Assembly: GCA_046262935.1 (NCBI GenBank)
Contig: JBHELT010000020.1
Location: forward strand, 2,893 to 66,892
Direction of reading: 5' to 3'
DNA: 64,000 bases
From: Actinomycetota bacterium
GTDB taxonomy: Bacteria > Actinomycetota > CADDZG01 > JAHWKV01
In this document: positions 58,198 to 64,000 of the stretch, in pieces
How positions within the stretch are numbered: the first letter of the stretch is position 1
Layout: each line of letters starts with the position of its first letter
Translations under genes and position numbers: made by a program
Notes under the pieces: model-generated
Told to the model about the DNA's origin: nothing
Database searches by the model: none
The model's input: only the letters and a program-made list of their open reading frames with translations

Positions 58198-60344
58198 CCG
58201 TCGGCCGTGACTAGTTGTTGTTCCGAGGTTTCGACAACCACGACTTGGTTCATGTTCCCGGGGACGTGCTGAACCACGATCCAGGCGATCTGTTTCGCTG
58301 GGTCCGCACCACGGTCGAGTCCGAGCACGTAGTTGCCCGGGGAAAGAACCCAAAGAAGGAGCCGGCCGCGAGTATCGGTCTTGGTTCTCTGCCCGCCGAT
58401 GGTGACGATCAATCCCTCCAACGGTTTAGATGCCGGATCAACAAGCCTTAAACGAACCAGACAGCCATGCCTTCTGAACCAGCGGGTCAGTATGTGGCGC
58501 GCCCTTTGGGCTCCTCGGTTGGGGCTGCTGATCAATGCCATACCGCGCTCGGCCGCTCTGCCCATTTCGAACAGAACCCGAGGCGAGTCGGGCTCGAAGG
58601 TGTCGCCTATCAATCGCCCATCCCCCGCTGTCCAGATGACTGAGACATAGCGGTTCACATGACCTTCATCGTCGAAGATAAACCCGCGTCGCTCGACCGT
58701 CTCCTGCATCGCGAGGCGAGGCGAGACCGAGCGGCCATCGGGAGGGTCTTCGAATTCTAAGATGTATCTCTCGGAGCGGGTCCGCTGGATGCTCGACAAG
58801 GGATGGTTCGTTGAACGATCGAAGCGCAGGACCCTTTGATAATGGTCGTAAACGATATTGCTGATCGAAGAAGACTCCGATGTCCCATCTGGCGCGCTAG
58901 AGGTTTCGAGGTAAGAAGCCAGGTGATCGGTGGTGTCGGTGCTGAAAGAGGAACGTTCGACGACGATCACATCGTCCTCCCAATCAGCGACGTCGAGAAC
59001 CGGAGGGACATCGACTACGAGATCTTCTTGCACGATCCTCGTGCGAACAGTTCGCGTTGTACCGTCGGGCAATTCAACGATCTCGACGAAACCCGTAGGG
59101 CGACCGATGTCGTCGTAGTGGATGTCGCTGCGTTCCAGTCGGATGCTTTCCCCCTTGGGTGCTTCGAGGAACAGGCCCCCGGCCGGGGGCCTGGTCGAGC
59201 GAGTGATACCGAGGGCAAGCATTCCCATCGCCACTAAAACGGCGATGCCCACTGCCTTGGTCGCATCGGTTGTCTTCTTCTCGGACCTAACAGGGGTGCT
59301 CCGTTGTCGGACGCGGTCAACACCCTGCGCGGAGCACCTCCCCTGGATCTCGGTTCCAACCCCGATGCCACTTGCCCCGAACGCCACGTCATCGGCGAAG
59401 AACGTTTGGACCCCGCCCCCACCCAGCGCGAAGGTGAAGGTCGCGGGAACCTCAACCCAGTCGGTCCCGTCGTATTCGAGTTGCTGTTTGCCGAAGCGGA
59501 TGTTGCCCGTCGTCCAGAAGATGTCCAAACGATCGTGGCCCTGGAAAGGAAAGACTGCTTCTTCATCAACAACGTGGCCCGGCCTGTGCATCGCCAGGAA
59601 AAGGAGCGTCGGCCGGCCATATAGGACGGAACCAACCAAGAAGTCCTGACCGGTCGTTACCTCGATCGACTGCGTCATCGATCCGGTTTTGGGATGTGAA
59701 CGCTTTGAGTCAATCACCGACTTGATGGACGCGAAAGCGGGCAAGTCGAGGCTCGGAGTTTCGGGACCCTTGCGGCAGTCGAAGCCCGAAGATGTCTGAG
59801 GAACTTCTAATCCCGAAGCGACGGGCCTCAGCGAACCGATGTTGCTGCCGATGGCCTCTACCCTTAGCGAGGGCGCTAGCACCGGTTCGTCGATGGTTGA
59901 CCCGCCCGACCCCCACCTAACCTGGATCGGCGCGATGCAGCCGGAACGATCGCACGCCCCGATATGGCTCACTCCTGGCCTCGGGCTCGACAGTGAGGTC
60001 GAGCCCCTGCCGTTGTTATCGGTGACCGCCTGAACCAGAGCATCGGGTGAAGGTCCAGACTGGGAAAAGACGACCGGCTCGGCTTGGGACGGGACGCCGT
60101 TCCTTACAAAGCATGCTTCGACCGTCACGACCTGGCCCGGGGACGCTTCGATATCTGCGGTGTGATTGCAGTCTGGCGATCCGATCCGCGAAGAGACCGT
60201 TGCGGGCGAGGGTGTGGGCGACGCGTTGGGGGCCCCAGCCCCCCAACCGCGTGCGGCGTTGTTCGTCATCGCGATAAAGCCCGACCACAGCGCTATGAGA
60301 ATTACTGTGTACATCGGCGCTCGCAGCGGCCTCGCCCATTTCAT
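58194..60344 (-). CDS. 716-aa bitopic protein of unknown function (N-terminal signal/anchor, Ig-like region, central TM helix, large C-terminal part ending in a CarboxypepD_reg-like beta-sandwich)
   Basis: Starts MKWARPLRAPMYTVILIALWSGFIAM. An Ig-like segment reads ASPGQVVTVEACFVRNGVPSQAEPVVFS...VTDNNGRGSTSL. The central TM helix is AVGIAVLVAMGMLALGI. The C-terminus reads RLRLVDPASKPLEGLIVTIGGQRTKTDTRGRLLLWVLSPGNYVLGL. Confidence 0.5.
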   Translation of the reverse strand: MKWARPLRAPMYTVILIALWSGFIAMTNNAARGWGAGAPNASPTPSPATVSSRIGSPDCNHTADIEASPGQVVTVEACFVRNGVPSQAEPVVFSQSGPSPDALVQAVTDNNGRGSTSLSSPRPGVSHIGACDRSGCIAPIQVRWGSGGSTIDEPVLAPSLRVEAIGSNIGSLRPVASGLEVPQTSSGFDCRKGPETPSLDLPAFASIKSVIDSKRSHPKTGSMTQSIEVTTGQDFLVGSVLYGRPTLLFLAMHRPGHVVDEEAVFPFQGHDRLDIFWTTGNIRFGKQQLEYDGTDWVEVPATFTFALGGGGVQTFFADDVAFGASGIGVGTEIQGRCSAQGVDRVRQRSTPVRSEKKTTDATKAVGIAVLVAMGMLALGITRSTRPPAGGLFLEAPKGESIRLERSDIHYDDIGRPTGFVEIVELPDGTTRTVRTRIVQEDLVVDVPPVLDVADWEDDVIVVERSSFSTDTTDHLASYLETSSAPDGTSESSSISNIVYDHYQRVLRFDRSTNHPLSSIQRTRSERYILEFEDPPDGRSVSPRLAMQETVERRGFIFDDEGHVNRYVSVIWTAGDGRLIGDTFEPDSPRVLFEMGRAAERGMALISSPNRGAQRARHILTRWFRRHGCLVRLRLVDPASKPLEGLIVTIGGQRTKTDTRGRLLLWVLSPGNYVLGLDRGADPAKQIAWIVVQHVPGNMNQVVVVETSEQQLVTADG

Positions 60345-60407
60345 GTTCAGAGCATTATGGTCAATCGATCAAAAGGGCGCGACCGCTGGGTCAGATCGCC
60401 CGGTGGG

Positions 60408-62843
60408 TCAGATGGAAGGTATCGAGTAGCCGATCGGCCCATCATGTTGAACGACATGAGTGCTGCCGCTTTCGTCCCGCTCGAGAACGATCAGGTCATC
60501 GAGCCTGACTGACATCCCAGGAACATGCGATATCAGCCCGATCAAGCGACCAGGCACCGCTAACGCCTCGATCCCTTCGAGCGCCAGATCCAGACTCTCG
60601 GCATCCAATGAGCCAAAGCCCTCGTCGAGGAAGAAGCAACCTAGCGACCCTCCCTCGAGCGACACTGCCTCTGCCAATGCCAGCGCCAGCGATAAAGATG
60701 CAAGGAAGGTCTCCCCACCCGACAGGGTGGCCGGCGAACGAGTGGCGCCGCTTCGATCGTCGACAATCTGGAATGTGCCCTCGCCATCGAAACTGTAGTG
60801 ACCGGTCAATTCCTTGAGTTTTTCCGACGCGATGCTCGAGAGTATCTGCCTCTGCGCTTCAAGCAAATAGGCAGGAAATCTCGAATCACCGAGGTCGACC
60901 ACCAAACGATCGAACAACGACCTTGTCGCTTGATGATCGGCGATCGCCTGCATCCCCTCGCGTTTTCGTTCTTCCCATCCACGCAACTCGAGGATCTGCG
61001 ATGACGCTTTGGCTATGCGATGTTTCACCGTTGCCAGTGCATCGGCCACGATCTGGTCTTCGGTGAGTTCGAAGCGCTGTCTGAATGTCGTAAGCGTCTG
61101 GCGTGCAGACTCGAAGCGCGCGGCGACTTCTTCACTCTGCTTCAACAACCGCTGCATCATCTGCTCCGCTGCCTCGGTTGCCTGCTTGGCCACACCCGGC
61201 AATCCCGAAGGATCGTCTTCAACCAAAAGGTCGAGGCCCAGCCTGCCAACCACCGCACTTAGGCTCGCCACCAGTTTCAATTTCGCGCTCGACGTAACCT
61301 GAAGCGTCTGCGTTGCATCACGAAGAGCTTTTTCGGCTGCGGCGCGCTCTACCCTTGCCGCCTTGGCCTGCTGCTCGGCATCGGACAAGAATCTGCGCCG
61401 GCTCTCGACTTCGACAGCTGGGTCGGTTTCGCCGCAGAGCTTCGCCAGGTCGGCATCGATCTGCAACATCGTCTCGTTGATCGCCGGCAGCCTTGCCTGC
61501 AGGTCATCGAACTTTTGACGCTGAAGCGCGAGTTGCTTCTCGGCATCTGAGACGGCCGCCTGGGACCTGGAAAGCATCTGCTCGGCCTTGGCCGATTCGC
61601 TTTCGGTCTTTGATAATTCGGCCGGTTTCGTTCTCTTAGGCAACTGAGTCACCGGTTGGCCGCAGACAGGGCATGGGTCGCCAACCTTCGTAGCGGCGCT
61701 CAGCAGGTGGGCCGAGTGGTCACGTTTGGATGCTTCCAGACGGCCGGCGGCTTGCATCGCGGCTGTCTGTTGAGCGGCGTGATCATCACGCGCCTTCATC
61801 AGCGCCGACTCGTTGACCTCGAGGCTCCCCGCCGCGTTGACGATCCCAGTTTCGACGATCTGCAGATCCTGCATCGCCCTTTCACGGTCCCTGATCAGCG
61901 TATTCACCGAGGTCGTCCAGGATTCGCCGCCGGTAGCTTCGATGGTCTTGCTCAGCGTCGCTTCGGCTTCATCCAGTTTCTTGTCAGCTTCTTCGAATAT
62001 CTCGCTCGTATTCGCGTGGCTCTGATTCGCTCTCGCTTCGTCATCTGCGAACCTTTCAAGAACGGATGCTTCGGGGATGGTTGCGATGGCGTCTTGTATC
62101 ACCTTGCTGTTGGAGCGGATTCCCGCAAGGATCTCTTCAGACCTGTCCATCTCGGTTTGAGCTTGAGTTACCGACGGCATGAGGTCGCGGATCTCGGCCT
62201 CGGCTTTCAGGCCATCAGCGACCGATGACTCCGCAGCAGCGATGGCCGCTTCGATGTCTTCGGGCATGCTCGAGATCGAAGCGATAAGACCGTTGATGGT
62301 TCCCTCTAGTGCGGCCGAGCGCGTTCGAGCGCCCTGCCTTATGGCGTCGACGCGGTCGAGCCGGAATATGCCTTTCAATATCCTCGACTGCTCACCGGAC
62401 GAAGCACTCAGGAACCTATCGAAATCTCCTTGTGGCAATGAGACCGACGAACAGAACGCCGCGAAATCCAGGCCTAACAACTCGACGATCTGGTCGGTGG
62501 CCACTTTGTCGCCAGTAAATAGCGGCCCCCCATCGGCGGAGGCAAGGACAACGGCCGAAGGACCTTTGTTCTTGATGACCCGCGTGATCGTCCACACATC
62601 GCCGATGACTTCGAAAGTGAGCTTCAGTTTCGCCTCATCGCATGCCGAATTGATGAGCTTCTTCGTTTCTTTCTCGAGTCGTGGCGTCTTGCCGTAGAGG
62701 CAGAAGATGATCGCATCGAGTATCGAGGACTTACCTGCCCCCGTGGGTCCTACGATTCCGAACAGTGACCTTCCCTCGAATGTGAAAGTCGTTTCGTCGC
62801 GGTATGACTTGAAGCCATTGATGGTCAGCTCAAGAGGACGCAC
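60408..62843 (-). CDS. sbcC: SbcC/Rad50-type SMC-like ATPase (exonuclease SbcCD subunit C)
   Basis: Contains LELTINGFKSYRDETTFTFEGRSLFGIVGPTGAGKSSILDAI (Walker A), long coiled-coil regions and a zinc hook, CPVCGQP. It also has the signature LSGGETFLASLSLALAL and Walker B FFLDEGFGSLD. Listed from 62936. GTG 62843 gives the typical (M)RPLELT... N-terminus. Confidence 0.85.
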   Translation of the reverse strand: MRPLELTINGFKSYRDETTFTFEGRSLFGIVGPTGAGKSSILDAIIFCLYGKTPRLEKETKKLINSACDEAKLKLTFEVIGDVWTITRVIKNKGPSAVVLASADGGPLFTGDKVATDQIVELLGLDFAAFCSSVSLPQGDFDRFLSASSGEQSRILKGIFRLDRVDAIRQGARTRSAALEGTINGLIASISSMPEDIEAAIAAAESSVADGLKAEAEIRDLMPSVTQAQTEMDRSEEILAGIRSNSKVIQDAIATIPEASVLERFADDEARANQSHANTSEIFEEADKKLDEAEATLSKTIEATGGESWTTSVNTLIRDRERAMQDLQIVETGIVNAAGSLEVNESALMKARDDHAAQQTAAMQAAGRLEASKRDHSAHLLSAATKVGDPCPVCGQPVTQLPKRTKPAELSKTESESAKAEQMLSRSQAAVSDAEKQLALQRQKFDDLQARLPAINETMLQIDADLAKLCGETDPAVEVESRRRFLSDAEQQAKAARVERAAAEKALRDATQTLQVTSSAKLKLVASLSAVVGRLGLDLLVEDDPSGLPGVAKQATEAAEQMMQRLLKQSEEVAARFESARQTLTTFRQRFELTEDQIVADALATVKHRIAKASSQILELRGWEERKREGMQAIADHQATRSLFDRLVVDLGDSRFPAYLLEAQRQILSSIASEKLKELTGHYSFDGEGTFQIVDDRSGATRSPATLSGGETFLASLSLALALAEAVSLEGGSLGCFFLDEGFGSLDAESLDLALEGIEALAVPGRLIGLISHVPGMSVRLDDLIVLERDESGSTHVVQHDGPIGYSIPSI

Positions 62844-63990
62844 GTACCACCTCATCTTCGAGTTGGCGCATCGCTTCGACGAGTTCTGCTGGCGCAGTGG
62901 TCGCATGCCCGCGCGGCGAAGCGTAGTACTCGGCATACAAGTCCGCCAGAGACGAGTCTTGATCTCGGTCGAGGCGAACCATCTGTTCCTGACGGTCGTA
63001 GATGGCCTGCACCATCACCGCATCGGGCAACAGGGCCTTAACCCGTTCGGCGAGACCGAACACCGGCCCATCTGTCACAACACGCACATCGAGGTACGCG
63101 TCCTTGAGCTCATCGACTCGCTTCTCGAGTGATTCGATCGTGTCTTCGACCCTGATCAATCTGCGACCAGTCGACAACTGGACACTTGTCACCTTGGCTG
63201 GCCGCGAAGGATCTGCATCGACGATGACTACCTCTTTGTTGTGTGTCCTCTCAGAGAAATCGAGTTGAAGGATGCTGCCCGCATAGCGGGCCGGTACGAG
63301 AGATCCTTCAATCGCTTGGGGGCGATGGATATGTCCCAATGCCACGTAAGATGCCCCGGCTGGTATGGAATGCGAGGTCGCCGAATACTGCTGGCCCAGA
63401 TGGATCTTTCTTTCGCCGCCTCCTACCTCGGCCCCCTCGATGAACCAATGTCCAACCAAGATCCCTACCGACCCCGGCTCGAACGCTGCGCAATAGGTCG
63501 CGCTTATGGCCTTGACCTTGTCGGCATAGGTGGAATACCCACCATCGGGGGCGGTCATGAAATCGACGACCTGGGCCTCGTGAAGAAAAGGGAAACAAGC
63601 GACCGAAGCAGCGCTGTTGCCATCGCGCGAGGAAACTTTGATCACGCCGCCTTCGTTTGGCTTGTTGATGCGCGAAACGATGTGAACGCCGCGCGGGCCG
63701 AGCATGGGGGCCAAGATCTCGAAGAGTTCTGGCGAATCGTGGTTGCCCGGGATCACCACCACCTGGCCTGCCACATCTGCAAGTCGCATCAACGCGTCGA
63801 GGACCATGCCGAGCGAACCGAGGGGCGGCAACGCTCTATCGAAAAGGTCGCCCGCTACTATCGCCATGTCCAACTTCTGATCGCGGGCGATCGAGATGAT
63901 CTCATCGAGCACGGCTTGGAATTCTTCGGTGCGATCCACCCGCCCGAGCTTCTTGCCCACATGCCAATCGGCGGTATGCAGTATGCGCAT
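62830..63990 (-). CDS. sbcD: SbcD/Mre11-type nuclease (exonuclease SbcCD subunit D)
   Basis: Phosphoesterase motifs are present: MRILHTADWHVG, VAGDLFD, GNHD and GH...H. Confidence 0.9.
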   Translation of the reverse strand: MRILHTADWHVGKKLGRVDRTEEFQAVLDEIISIARDQKLDMAIVAGDLFDRALPPLGSLGMVLDALMRLADVAGQVVVIPGNHDSPELFEILAPMLGPRGVHIVSRINKPNEGGVIKVSSRDGNSAASVACFPFLHEAQVVDFMTAPDGGYSTYADKVKAISATYCAAFEPGSVGILVGHWFIEGAEVGGGERKIHLGQQYSATSHSIPAGASYVALGHIHRPQAIEGSLVPARYAGSILQLDFSERTHNKEVVIVDADPSRPAKVTSVQLSTGRRLIRVEDTIESLEKRVDELKDAYLDVRVVTDGPVFGLAERVKALLPDAVMVQAIYDRQEQMVRLDRDQDSSLADLYAEYYASPRGHATTAPAELVEAMRQLEDEVVRASS

Positions 63991-64000
63991 GACTACCTTA

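Noticed and set aside
60408-63990. The SbcC/SbcD-like pair as a candidate anti-phage defence module (Lamassu-, Gabija- or Wadjet-like).
   Set aside because: The architecture is that of canonical SbcCD: an Mre11-type phosphoesterase of about 390 aa, and a Rad50-type ATPase with a CPVCG zinc hook, with overlapping genes. No additional effector or sensor genes are present. The housekeeping DNA-repair interpretation is sufficient.
1-64000. CRISPR arrays, rRNA genes, insertion sequences and prophage genes.
   Set aside because: I looked for regularly spaced short repeats, rRNA-like conserved stretches, and transposase, integrase or capsid-like ORFs, and saw none. The only nucleotide-level repeats noticed are those inside the giant gene and the 15-mers at 49848-49885.

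Overview
GC-rich, gene-dense chromosomal window that looks actinobacterial. This is inferred from argS-lysA synteny, a SigF/SigB-type partner-switching module, a MoxR-DUF58-transglutaminase operon, 4-nt ATGA/GTGA gene overlaps and frequent GTG/TTG starts. I cannot name the organism.

The main result is a gene that the supplied ORF track cannot show. Coordinates 1-16720 are one uninterrupted minus-strand reading frame of more than 5,570 codons. It starts in the window and runs off the left edge, so it has no in-window stop. It encodes a secreted giant protein:
- a signal peptide;
- a metzincin-like HExxHxxGxxH module;
- paired Ig-like domains;
- a very long Gly-rich beta-strand-repeat (beta-helix-like) body with inserted repeat families and low-complexity spacers.

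All short ORFs listed in this 16.7 kb are out-of-frame or antisense shadows.

The rest of the window contains, in order:
- a methyltransferase and membrane protein pair, an SDR and a CocE/NonD hydrolase;
- a 15.8-kb chain of ten minus-strand genes joined almost entirely by 4-nt overlaps. It runs from a fused LivH-LivM permease and an unusual MFS-LivF-LivG triple fusion, through MoxR, DUF58 and a Cys-less transglutaminase-like membrane protein, to two lipoproteins and a lactonase/SDR/enolase-superfamily sugar-acid trio;
- a GntR-headed glycan-utilisation-like locus with two putative beta-propeller hydrolase paralogues, a six-hairpin-like protein, a ROK kinase, a PMI-like cupin, a PBP1-like binding protein, a CBM-like secreted protein and an epimerase-like protein;
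- a divergent TetR/cupin pair, vapBC and tRNA-Arg(CCG);
- a PGM1-like ATP-grasp protein and a response regulator-argS-lysA operon;
- a KGG-repeat stress protein preceded by a GTTT-N16-GGGTA promoter;
- a divergent anti-sigma/sigma and STAS/anti-sigma module with a second such promoter;
- a 716-aa bitopic protein of unknown function, and sbcCD.

No CRISPR array, rRNA gene, transposase or integrase was seen. All family assignments come from motif recognition by eye and need HMM or structure confirmation.
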